From assembly GCF_009914755.1 (NCBI RefSeq), contig NC_060940.1: a DNA stretch of 64,000 nt. One strand, 5' to 3'. Within the stretch, counting starts at the first letter, position 1. Each line of letters begins with the position of its first letter. Below are positions 13,001-25,800 of the stretch, piece after piece. Under the pieces are notes generated by a model. That model saw nothing but the letters and a program-made list of their open reading frames with translations. It was not told the DNA's origin and searched no databases. A program made the translations under genes and the position numbers. This DNA is from the human T2T-CHM13v2.0 reference genome, Homo sapiens.

Positions 13001-16000
13001 TATTCATTTTTTCACCATAGGTCTCAATGAGTTCCAAAATGTCCCTCACAGAATCTACAGAAACAGTGTTTACAACATCCTAATCAAAAGAAAGGCTTAA
13101 TTCTGTGAGATAAATCCACACATGACAAAGCATTTTCACAGTTAGCTTCTTCCTATTTTTTATCGGGGGATATTGGCTTTTTCACCACAGGCCACTATTC
13201 TCTCTGAGATGTCCTTTTGCACATTCTACAAAAATAGTGTTTCCAAACTGGTGATTCAAAATCGAGGTTTAAATCTGTGAGACAAATCCACACATCAAAA
13301 AGCAGTTTCACTGATAGCTTCTTTCTGTGTTTATCTGGGGATAATTGCCTTTTCACCACGGGCATCAATGAGTTCCCAAATGTCCCTTCACAGATCCTAC
13401 AAAACAGTGTTTCCAAATAGCTGAATCGAAAGAAAGATTTAACTCTGTGAGATGAATACAAACATCACAAAGCAGTCTCACAGAGAGCTTCTGTCTAGTT
13501 TTTAACTGTGAATATTACCTTCTTTACCATAGGCCTCATGAGCTCCCAAATGTCCCTTCACAGATTCTGCAAAAAAAAAAAAAAATGTTTCCAAAGTGCA
13601 GAACAGAAAAGTTTACCTCTGTGAGATGAATCCACACATCAGAAAGCAGTTTCACAGGTAGCTTCTTTTTAGTTTTTATCTGGGGATATTCGGTTTTTTC
13701 ACCATAGTCCTCAATGCACTCCCAAATATCCATTCACAGATTCAACAGAAAGTGTTTCCAATGTGCTGAATCAAAAGAAAGATTTAACTCTTTGAGATGA
13801 ATCCATACATCACAAAGCGGATTCACAGATAGCTTCATTCTACTTTTTATCTGGGGATATTCACTTTTTCACCGTTGGTCTCAGTGAGTTCCAAAATATC
13901 CATTCACAGATTCTACAAAAACAGTGTTTCCAAGCTGCTGAATATAATGAAAAGCTTAACTCTCTGAGATGAATCCACACAACACAAAGCAATTTAACCA
14001 ATAGCTTCATTTTAGTTTTTATCTGGGTTTATTCCCTTTTTAACCACAGGACTCAATTCACTCCCAATGTCCTTTTACAGATTTTACAAAAACAGTTTTT
14101 CCAAACTGCTGAATCAAAAGAAAGGTTTAATTCTATGAGATAAGTTGACACATCACAAAGCAGTTTAACAGACAGATTTTTTTTTTTTTAGTTTTTATCT
14201 GGAGATATTCAGTATTTCACTTTTGGCCTCAAAGAGATTTCAAATATCCCTCTGCAGATAATACAAATCAGTGTTTCCAAACTGCTGAATCAAAACAAAG
14301 GTTTAACAATGTGAGATGAATCCACACAACACAATGCAGCCTAACAGGTATCTTCTTTCTAGTTTTTATATGGGGATATACTCTTTTTCACCATAGATTT
14401 CAATGAGGTCCCAAATATCCATTTGCAGATTCTACAAAAATAGTTTTTCTAAGGTGCTGAATCAAAGGAAAGTCTTAACTGTCTGAGATAAATCCATACA
14501 TCACAAAGCAGTTTTGCAGATAGCTTCTTTGTAGTTTTTTATCTGGAGATGTTTGCATTTTCACCATAGGACTCAATTCCCTCTCAAATGTCCTTTCATA
14601 GATTCTACAAAAACAGTGTCTCCAAACTGCTGAATCAAAATAAAGTTTTCCCTCTGTGAGATGAATGTGCATATAACAAAGCAGTTCACAGATAGCTTCT
14701 TTCTAGTTTTTATCTTGTGATTTTCTCTTTGTCACCATTGGCCTCAATGACCTCCCAAATGTCCCTTCATAGATTCTACAAAAACAGTGTTTCCAAACTG
14801 CTGAATCAAAAGAAAGGGTTAACTCTGCCAGATGAATTTACACACACAAAATACTTTTCCACATATCTTCTTTCTAGTTTTTATTGGGGATATTCTCTTC
14901 ATTACCATAGGCCTCAATGACCTCCCAAATGTCCCTTTGAAGATTCTAAAGAAATAGTGTTTCCAACGTGCTGAATCAAAAGAAAGGATTAACTCTGAGA
15001 GATAAATGCACACATCATGAAGCAGTTTCACAGATAGCTTCTTTCTAGTTTTTATCATTGGATATTTGCCTTTTCCCATTAGGCCTCAATGACTTCCCAA
15101 ATTTCCCTTCACAGATTCTACAAAAACAGTTTTTCCAAACTGTTGAATCAAAAGAAAAATTTAAATCTGTGATATGAATGCACCATTCACAAAGCAGTTT
15201 CACAGATAGCTTCTTTGTAGTTTTTATTTGAGGATATTTGCCCTTTCACCATAGGACTCAAAGGCTTCCCTAATGTCCCTTCAAAGGTTCTACAAAACAG
15301 TGGTACAAACTGCTGAATGAATAGAAATGTTTATCTCTCTGAGTTGAATGCACACATCACAAAACAGTTTCTTAGATAGATTCTTTCTGGTTTTTATATG
15401 GGGACATTTCCTTTTTTACCACAGGCCTCAATGTACTCCCAAAAGTCCCTTTGACGCTGCTACAAAAACAGTGTTTCCGAACTGCTAAATCAAAGGAAAT
15501 TTTTAAGTCTGTGAGATGAATCCACACATCCCAAGGCAGATTAACAAAAAGCTTCTTTGTAGTTTTTATCTAGGGTTATTTGTTTTTCACTATATGCATC
15601 AATGAGCACTTTGCAGATTCTACAAAAACATTGTTTCCAAACTGCTAAATCAAAAGAAAGGCTTAACTCTGTTAGATGAATCCACACAGCAACAGCAGTT
15701 TCACAGACAACTTTTTTCTAGTTTTTATCTGAGGATATTCACTTTTTCACCATGTGCTTCAAGCTCTCCCAAATGTGCCTTCACAGATTCTACAAAAAAA
15801 AAAATTTCCAAACTGCAGAATCAAAAGAAAAGTTTCATTCTGTCATTTGAATGCACACATCACAAAACGGTTGCTCAGATAGCTTCTTTCTAGTTTTTAT
15901 GTGGAGATATTCGCTTTTTCACTATATCCGTCAATGCGCTCCCAAATGTCCTTTTGTAGATTCTACAACAACAGTGTTTCAAAACTGCTGATTGAAAATC

Positions 16001-18750
16001 AAGGTTTAACTCTGTCAGATGAATACACACATCACAAAGCAGTTCCTCAGATAGCTTCTTTCTAGTTTTTATCTCGGAATATACACTTCTCTGCCAGGGC
16101 CTCAATTAGCTCTGAAATGTTCCTTTGCAGATTCTACTAAAACAGTGTTTCCAAACTGCTGAATCAAAAGAAAGGTTTAACTCTGTGAGATGAATCCACA
16201 CATCCCAAAAAAGTTTAACAGATAGCTCTTTTTTTTTTTTTTTTTAGTTTCTTTCTGGGGATATTCACTTTTTCACCACAGGTCTCAAAGCACTCCCAAA
16301 TATCCCTTCACAGATTCTAAAAAAACAGTTTCCAAACTGCTGAATCCAAAGAAAGGTTTATCTCTGTGAGATGCTTCCATACATCACAAAACAATTTAAC
16401 AAATAGCTTATTTCTAGGTTTTATCTGGGTATATTTGCCTCTTTACCATAGGCCTCAATGCCTTCCCAAATGACCTTTCAGAGATTCTACAAAAACAGTG
16501 TTTCCAAACTGCTAATACAAAATAAATTTTTAACTCTCTTAGATGAATCCAGACATCAAAAAGTAGGTTCACAGCAAGCTGCTTTCTGGTTTTTATCTGG
16601 AGATATTCACTTTTTCACCATAGGCATCAATGGGCTCCCAAATGTCTGCTTGTGGATTCTACAGAAACAGTGTTTCAAAATTGCTGAATTGAAACAAGTC
16701 TTTAACTCTGTGAGACGAATCTACACATCACAAAGCAGTTTCACATGCAGCTTCTTTCAAGATTTATCTTCGAATATTTTCTTTTTTATTGTAGGCCTCA
16801 ATGTGTTTGCAAGTGTCCCTTTGTAGATTCTACAAAAACAGTGTTTCCAAACTGCTGAATGAAAAGGAAGTCTTAACTCGGTCAGCTGAATCCAAACATG
16901 ACAAAGCAGTTTTGCAGATAGCTTCTTTCTTGTTTTTATACGGGGATAGTCACTCTTTCATGGCTGGCTTCAATGCACTCCCAAATATCCCTTTGCAGAT
17001 TCTACAGAAACAGTGTTTCCAACATGCTGAATCCAAAGAAAAGATTAACACTGGAAGATAAATCCACACATCACAAATAACTTTCACATATAGCTTCTTT
17101 CTAGTTTTATCAGTGAATATTTGCTTTTCCAACATTGTTCTCAATGAGCTCCCAAGTGTCCCTTGGCAGATTCTACAAAAACGTGGTTTCCAAACTACTG
17201 AATCAAAAGATAGGTTTAAATCTTTGAGATGAATCCACACATCACAAATCAATTTCAAAGATAACTTCTTTCTAGTTTTTATCTGGGGATATATGTTTTT
17301 TCACCATAGATCTAAAAGTGCTCCCAAATGTTCCTTCACAGATTCTAAAAAACAGTGTTTCCTAAATGTTGAATCAAAAGAAAGGCTAACTCTGTGAGTT
17401 GAATGCACACACCACAAAGCAGTTTCTCACATAGCTTCTTTCTAACTTTTATCTGGGGATATTCGCTTTTTCACCATAGGCCTCAATGTGCTCCCAAATG
17501 TTCTTTCACAGAAACTACAAAAACAGTGTTTCCAAACTGCTGAATCAGAAGAAAGGTTTAACTCTGTGAGATGATTCCACACATCACAAAGCAGTTTGAC
17601 AGATAACATCTTTCTAGTTTTTATCTGGGTATATCTTTTTATCACCAAAGGCCTCAATGAGCTCAAAAATGTCTTTTCACAAATTCTACAAAAACAGTGT
17701 GTCCAAACTGCTGAATCAAAAGGATGGTTTAACTCTATGAGACGAATGCACACATCAAAAAGCAGTATCTCAGATAGACTCCCTTCAGTTTATATCTGAA
17801 TATATTTGCTTTTTCAACAAAGACCTCAATGCACTCCCAAATGTCCTTTCACAGGTCCTACAAAAACAGTGTTTCCAAACAACTGAATCAAAAGCAAGGT
17901 TTAACTTTCTTAGATGGATGCACACATCACAGAGGAGTTTCTCAGGCACATTCTTTCTAGTTTGTAACTGGGGATATTCTCCTGTTCACCACAGGTCTCA
18001 GTCAGTTCCAAATGTCCCTTCAGAGATTCTACAAAAACAGTGTTTCCAACATGCTGAATCAAAAGAAGGATTTAACTCTGTGAGATGAATCCACACATCA
18101 AAAAACAGTATCTCAGATCGCTTCTTTCAGGTTTATATCCAAATATATTTCCTTTTTCAAAAAAGGCCTCAATGCTCTCCCAAAAGTCCATTCACAGGCT
18201 CTATAAAAACAGTGTTTCCAAACTCCTCAATCAAAAGAAATGTTTAACTCTGTGAGTTGAATGCACACTTCACAAAGAAGTTCATCAGATAGCTTCATTC
18301 TAGTTTTCATCTGGGAATATTCACTTTTTCATCATGGGACTCAAGGAGCTCTCAAATGCCCCTTTGCAGATTCTACAAAAACAGTATTTCCAAACTGATG
18401 AATCAAAACAAAAATTTAAAACTCTGAGATGAATCCACACATCATAAAGCAGTTTCACCTATAGCTTCTTCCCAGTTTTCATATAAAGATATTCATTTTT
18501 CACCATAGACCTCAATACACTCCCAAATATCCTTTCATAGACTCTACAAAAAAAGTTTTTCCAAAATGATGAAGGAAAAGAAGGATTTAACTCTTTGAGA
18601 TGAATCCACACATCACAAATCAGTTCCTCAGATAGATTCTTTCAAGTTTCTTATAGGTATATTCCCTTTTTCACCATAGGCCTCAATGCAGTCCCAAATG
18701 TCCATTGCCAGATACTACAAAAGCAGTGTTTCCAAACTGCTGAATCAAAA
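13000..18750 (-). repeat. Alpha satellite stratum C (boundaries approximate)
   Basis: AAAACAGTGTTTCCAAAC is essentially fixed and TATCTGGGGATA is retained. GAATCCAC is gradually replaced by GAATGCAC, and TTTCACAG by TTTCTCAG. Confidence 0.6.
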
Positions 18751-21700
18751 GAAAGGATTAGCTCTGTGAGATGTATGCACACATCACAAAGTGGTTTCTC
18801 AGATATCTTCCTACCAGTTTTTATTTTGGGATATTCACTTTTTTACCATTGGCCTCAATGAGCTCCCAAAAGTCCATTCACAGGTTTTACACAAACAGTG
18901 TTTCCAAACTGCTGAATTAAAGTAATTGTTTAACTCTGTGAGATGAATGCACACATCATGAATCAGTTTCTCAGAAAGCTTCTTTAAACTTTTAATATGA
19001 AGATATTCTTTTTCACCATAGACCTCATTACGATTCCAAATCTCATTTCACAGATTCTAAAAAAACAGTGTTTCCAAACTGTTGAATCAAAAGAAAAGTT
19101 TAACTCTGAGAGATGAATGCACTCTTCACAAAGCAGTTTCTCAGAGAGATTCTTTCTAAACAGTGTTTCCAAATTGCTGACACAAAAGAAAGGTTTATAA
19201 CTGTGAGATGAATGAACACATCAAAGAGCAGATTCTCAGATAGCTTCCAACGAGTTTTTATCTTTGGACATTCAGTTTTTCACAATTGGCCTCAATGAGC
19301 TCTGAAATGTCCACTCACTGAATGTACAAAAACAGTGTTTCCAAACTCCTGAATCAAAAGAAATGTTTAACTCTGTGACATGAATGCACACATCATAAAT
19401 CAGTTTCTCAGAAAGCTTCTTTCTAGTTTTTATCTGAAGATATTTTATTTTTCTCTAAAGGCACCAATGCGCTCTGAAATGTCCTTTCACAGATTCTACA
19501 AAAACAGTGTTTCCAAACTCCTCAATCAAAAGAAATGTTTAACTCTGTGCGTTGAATGCACACTTCACAAAGCATTTCATCAGATAGATTCATTCTAGTT
19601 TTAATCTGGGAATATTCACTTTTTCATCATGGGACTCAAGGAGCTGTCAAGTGTCCCTCTGCAGATTCTGCAAAAACAGTGTTTCCAAGCTGATTAATCA
19701 AAATAAAAATTTAAATCTGTGAGATGAATCCACACATCGCAAAGCAGTTTCACCAATAGCTTCTTTCCAGTTTTTATATAAAAATAATCGCTTTTTCACC
19801 ATAGACTTCAATGCACTCCTAAATGTCCTTTCACAGGCTCTACAAAAAAAGTTTTTCCTAACTGTTGAATCAAAAAAAGGTTTTACCTGTTTGAGATGAA
19901 TCCACACACCACAAATCAGTTACTCAGATAGATTCTTTCAAGTTTCTTATAGGGATATTCCCTTTTTCACCACAGGGCTCAATGTTGTCCCAAATGCCCA
20001 TTCTCAGATTCTACAAAAACAGTGTTTCCAAACTGCTGAATCAAAAGAAAGGTTTAACTCTGTGAGATGAATACACACATCATAAAGCAGTTCTTCAGAA
20101 ATCTTTCTTATAGTTTTTATCTGATGATATTTTCTTTTTCACCACAGATCTCAATATGATCCCAAATTCCTGTCACACATTGTAGAAAAACAATGCTTAC
20201 AAACAGCCGAATCAAAAGAATGCTTTAATTCTGTGAGATGAATGCACACAACTCAAAGCAGTTTCTCAGAAAGCTTCCTTCTAGTTTTTATCCGAAAATA
20301 ATTTATTTTTCAACATAGGTGAAAAGCACTCCCAAATGACTTTTACATATTTTACAAAAATAATGTTTCCAAACTGCTGAATGAAAAGAAAGGATTAACT
20401 CTGTGAGATGAATGCACACATCACAGAGTGGTTTCTCAGATACCTTCCTACCCATTTTTATTTTGGCATATTCACTTTTTCACCATTGGCCTCAATGAGC
20501 TCCCAAATGTCAATTCACAGATTTTACAAAAACAGTGTTTCCAAACTGCTGAATTAAAATAAGGGTTTAACTCTATGATATGAATGCTCACATCATAAAT
20601 CAATTTCTCAGAAAGCTTCTTTAAGCTTTTAATCTGAAGATATTTTCTTTGTCACCATAGACCTCATTATGATCCCAAATGTCATTTCACAGATTCCAAA
20701 AACACTGTTTCCACACGGCTGAATCAAAAGGAAAGTTTTAGTCTGTGAGATGAATGCAAACTTCCCAAAACAATTTCTCAGAAAGATTCTTTCTAAACAG
20801 TGTTTCCAAACTGCTGAAACAAAAGAAAATTTTCTCTGTGAGATGAATGAACACATCACAGAGCAGTATCTCAGATAGCTTCCCTCGAATTTTTATCTTG
20901 GGACATTTGCTTTTTCACAATTGGCCTCAATTAACTCCGAAATGTCCACTCACAGAATGCACAAAATCAGTGTTCCTAAACTCCTGAATTAAAAGAAATG
21001 TTTAACTCTGTGACATGAATGCACACATCACAAAGCAGTTTGTCAGAAAGCTTCTTTCTAGTTCTTACCTGAGGATATTTTATTTTTCTCCAAAGGCATC
21101 AATGCATTCCCAAATGTCCTTTCACAGATTCTTCAAAAGCAGTGTTTGCAAACTGCCGAATCAAAAGAAAGGTTTAACTCTGTGAGATGAATGCAAACAT
21201 CACAAAGCTGTATCTCTGATAGCTTTCTACTACTTTTTATCCTGGGATATTCACTTTTTCAACATTGGCCTCAATGAGGTCCCAAATGTCCACTCGCAGA
21301 ATGGACAGACAGTGTTTCCAAACTGCTCCATCAAAAGAAAGGCTTCACTCTGTGAGATGAATAAAGACTTCACAAAGTAGTTACTAAGAGAACTTCTTTC
21401 TAATTTTATTATGAAGATATTTCCTTTCTCAACTCATGCTTCAATGCACTCCCAAGCATCCCTTCACAAATTCTACAAAGACAGTGTTTCCAAACAGCTG
21501 ATTCAAAGAAACGTTTATCTCTGTGAGATTAATGCACACATCTCAAAGCAGTTTCTCAGAATCCTTTCTAGTTTTTATCTGAAGTTATTTTCTTTTTCAC
21601 CATAGGCTTCAAAACGCTCCAAAATATCCCTTGGCAGATTCTACAAAAACAGTTTTTCCAAACAGCTGAATAAAAAGAAAGGTTTAATTTTGCAAGATGA

Positions 21701-22824
21701 ATGCAGACATCACAAACCAGTTTCTCACATAGTTTCATTCTATTTTTAATCCTGGGATATTCGCTTTTTCCCCACTGGCCTCAGTGAGCTCCCAAATGTC
21801 CGTTCTCAGAATGGACAAATATGGTGTTTCCAAACTGCTGAATAAAAAGAAATGTTTAACTCTGTGAGATGAATGCACACATCACAAAGCAGTTTCTCAG
21901 AAAGACTCTTTCAATTTTTCATCTGAACATATTTTCTTTTTCACCATAGGCCTCAATGCACTCCCAAATATGCCTTCGCAGATACTACAAAAACAGTGTT
22001 TCCAAACTGCTGAATGAAAAGAAATCTGTAACTCAGTGAGATTAATGCACACATCACAAAGCGGTTTCTCAGATAGTTTCCTTCTAGTTTAAATCATGGG
22101 ATTTTCACTTTTTTGCCACTGCCCTGAATGAGCTCCCAAATATCCCTTTGGAGCTTCTACACAAACAGTGTTTCCAAACTGCTGAATGAACAGAATGTTT
22201 TAACTCTGTGAGATGAATTCACACATCACAAAGCAGTTTCTCAGACAGCTTCCTTCTAGTTTTTATCCTGGGATATTTGCTTTTTTGTTTTTGGCCTCAA
22301 TGAGCTCCCAAATGTCCATTCGCAGAATGGACTAAAACAGTGTTTCCAAACTGCTGAATCAGAAGAAAGGTTTAACTCTGTGAGATGAATGCACAATCAC
22401 AAAGAAGTTTCTCAGAAAGCTTCTTTCTAGTTTTTATCTGAAGATATTTTCTTTTTCACCATAAGCCTCAATGCGCTCCCAAATATCCCTTCACAGATTC
22501 TACAAAAACAGTGTTTCCAAACTGATGAATAAAAAGAAAGTTTTAAATATGTGAGTTAAATGCACACATCACCAAGAAGTTTCTCAGAAAACTTCTTTCT
22601 ACTTTTTATCAGAATATATTTTCCTTTTCACCACAGGCCTCAATGTGCTCCCAAATATCCCTTTGCAGATCCTTCAAAAACAGTGTTTCCAAACTGCTGA
22701 ATGAAAAGAAAGGTTTAACCCTAGGAGATGAATGCACACATCACAAACCTTTTTCTCAAATTTCTTCCTTCTAGTTTTTATCCTGGGATAATTGCTTTTT
22801 CACCTTTGGTTTCAATGATCTCCC
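18750..22824 (-). repeat. Alpha satellite stratum D: the X/Y two-type family in minus orientation
   Basis: AGAAAGCTTC...TATCTGAAGATA (X) and TATCCTGGGATA...CCATTGGCC...GAATGGAC (Y) appear here. These are the same two types that make up the plus-strand arm. Confidence 0.7.
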
Positions 22825-22860
22825 TGAGCTCATTGAGACATTTGGGAGCTCACTGAATCT
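22812..22860. other. Strand-switch (inversion) junction within the alpha satellite
   Basis: The minus-orientation monomer ends at ...TCAATGATCTCCC (22824). Plus-orientation fragments GAGCTCATTGA (22826-22836) and GACATTTGGGAGCTCACTGA (22837-22856) follow, then ATCTTTCTGAGAAACTGC. Confidence 0.95.
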
Positions 22861-25800
22861 TTCTGAGAAACTGCTTTGTTATGCGTGCATTCATCTCTCA
22901 GAGTTCAAGCTCTCTTTTGATTCAGCAATTTGGAAATACTCTTTTTGTCTATTCTGCTAATGGACATTTTGGACCTCATTGAGGCCAATGGCAAACAAGT
23001 GAATATCCCAGCTTAAAAACAAGAAAGAGACTATCTGGCAAACTGCATTGTGATGTGCGCATTCATTTTCCAGAGATAAACATTTCTTTCAATTCAGCGG
23101 TTTTTAAACACTGTTTTTTAATGTTCTGTGAATGGACATTTGGGATCACTTTGAGGCCTATGGTGAAAAAGAAAATATCTTCAGATAAAAACTAGAAGGA
23201 CTCTTGCTGAGAAACTGCTTTGTGATGTTTGCATTCATTGCATGGAGTTAAACCTTTCTTTTGGCTCAGCAGATTGGAAACACTGTTTTTGTTCATTCTG
23301 TGAATCAACATTTAGGAGCTCATTGAGGCCAATGGCAAAAAAGGGAATATGCCTCTATAAAAACTAGAAGGAAGCTATCTGAGATACTGCTTCATGATGT
23401 GTGCATTCATCTCCCAGAGTTAAAACTTTCTTTTGATTAAGCAGTTTAGTAACACTCTTTTGGTGCATTCTGTGAGTGGACAGTTGGGAGCACATTGTTG
23501 CCAATGGTGAAAAAGAAAATGTCTTCAAATTAAAACAAGAAAGAAGCTTTCTGAGAACATGCTTTGTGAATTGTCCATTCATCTCATAGGGATAAACCTT
23601 TCTTTTGATTCAGCATTTTGGAAACCTTGTTTTTGTCTATTTTGTGAATGCACATTTTGGAGCTCATTGAGACCAATGACATAAAAGTGAATATCTGAGG
23701 TAAAAACTAGAAGGAAGGTATCTGAGAAGCAGCTTTGTGATGTGTGCATTTCATTTCCCAGAGTTACACCTTTCTTTTTCATTCAGCAGTTTGGAAATAA
23801 TGTTTTTGTATATTCTTGAAATGGACAATTGAGAGTGCAATGAGGCCTGAGGTGACAAGGAAAATACCTTCTGAAAAAAAGTATATAGAAGGTTTCTGAG
23901 AAACTTCTTTGTGATGGGTGCATTCATCTTGCAGAGGTAAAACTTTTTTTTCATTCAGCAGTTTGGAAACACCATTTTTGAAGAATCTATGAAGGGATAT
24001 ATGGGAGCACATTGAGGCTTATGGTGAAAAAGAAAACATCTTCAGATAAAAATGAGAAAGAAGCTTTCTGAGAGATACCTTTGTGATGTGTGCATTCATC
24101 TCGCAAAGTTAAACCTGTCTTTTCATTCAGCAGTTTGGAATCACTGCTTTTGTAGAATCTGCAAAGGGATATTTGGGAGCACATTGAGGCCTATGGCAAA
24201 AAAAGTTAATACCCAGGGATATAAACTGGAAGGAAGCTATCTGAGAAACTGCTTTGTGACGTGTGCATTCATCTCACAGACTTAAACTGTTCCTTTGATT
24301 CAGCAATTTGGAAACTCTGTTTTTGTAGAATCTGTGGAGGGACATTTTGGAAAGCTTTGAAGCCTATGGTGAAAAAGAGAATATCTTTATCTAAAAACTA
24401 GAAAGATGCTTTCTGAGGAATTATATTGTGATGTGTGCATTCATCTCAGAGAGTTAATCCTTTCTTTTGATTCATCAGTGTGGAGACATTGTTTTTGTCC
24501 ATTCTATGAAAGGACATTTGGGGTCTCATTGAGGCCAGTGGTGAAAAAGAGAATATCCAGGACAAAAACTAGAAAGAAGCTATCTGACAAACTGCATTAT
24601 TATGTGTGCATTCATAACAGAGTCAAAACTTTCCTTTGAGTAGGCCGTTTGGAAACATCGTTTTTGTACATTCTGTGAATGGATATTTGGGAGTGCATTA
24701 AGGCCAATGGCAAAAAAGGGAATATACCAGGATAAAAACTAGAAGGAAGCTATCTGAGAAACCGCTTTACAATGTGTACATTCAAGTCACTGAGTTAAAC
24801 ATTTGTTTTCATTCAGCAGTTTGGAAGCACTGTTTTTGTATAATTGCTGAAGGGACATTTGGGAGCGTATTGTGGCCTGTGGTGAAAAAGAAAATATCTT
24901 CAAATAAAAACTAGAAAGAAGCTTTCTGAGAAACTGCTTTGCGATGTCTGCATTCATCTCACAGAGTTAAACCTTCCTTTTAATTCAGCAGTTTGGAAAC
25001 ACAGTTTTTTCCATTCTGCAAATGGATATTTCAGAGCTCATTGAGGACAATGGCAAAAAAGCGAATATACCAGGAGGAAAACTATAATGATGCTATCTGA
25101 GAAACCACTTTGTCATGTGTGCTTTCATCTGACAGACTTAAACCTTTCTTTGGATTCACCAGTTTTGAAACAAGTTTTTGTCCATTCTTTGATTGGCCTT
25201 TTTGAGCTCTTTGAGGCCAATGGTGAAAAAGAAAATAACTTCAGATAAAAACGAGAAAGAAGCTTTCTGAGAAACTGATTTCTTATGTGTGCATTATTCT
25301 CACAGAATTAAACCTTTCCTTTGATTCAGCAGTTTTGAAACACTGTTTTTGTCCATTTGGTGAATGGACATTTGGGAGCCAATTGAAGCCAATGGCAAAG
25401 AAGTGAATATCCCAGGATAAAAACTGGAAGGAAGCTATCTGAGAAAACTTTTTATGATGTGTGCATTCATCTCACAGAGTTAAAACTTTCTTTTCATTCA
25501 GCAGTTTGGAAAAGCTCTTTTTCTAGAATCTGCCAATGGGTATTTGGGAGTACACTGACGTCTATGGTGAAAAAGAAAATAGCTTCAGACAAAAACTAGA
25601 AAGAAGTTTTCTGAGAAACTGATTTGTGACATCTTCATTCATCTCACAGAGTTAAACCTTGCTTTTGATTCAGCAGTTTGGAAACACCTTTTTTGTCCAT
25701 TCTGTGAATGGATATTAGGGAGATCATTGAGGCCAATGGTGAAAAAGAGAATATCCAAGTATAAAAACTAGAAAGAAGCTATCTGAGAAACTGTTTGGTG

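Larger units (their letters stand above)
304..22824 (-). repeat. Divergent alpha satellite array, minus orientation, ~130 monomers of ~172 bp
   Basis: Reverse complement of the alphoid core (AACTCTGTGAGATGAATCCACACATCACAAAGCAGTTTC) recurs throughout. GAGATG anchors at 7931/8103 and 9131/9303/9647 give 172-bp steps. Neighbouring monomers are highly divergent. Confidence 0.98.

Noticed and set aside
21150-24500. Large recent inverted duplication (palindrome) around the strand switch
   Set aside because: Private variants of the monomers left of 22824 are not mirrored on the right. Similarity is only family-level beyond the 11-bp stem.
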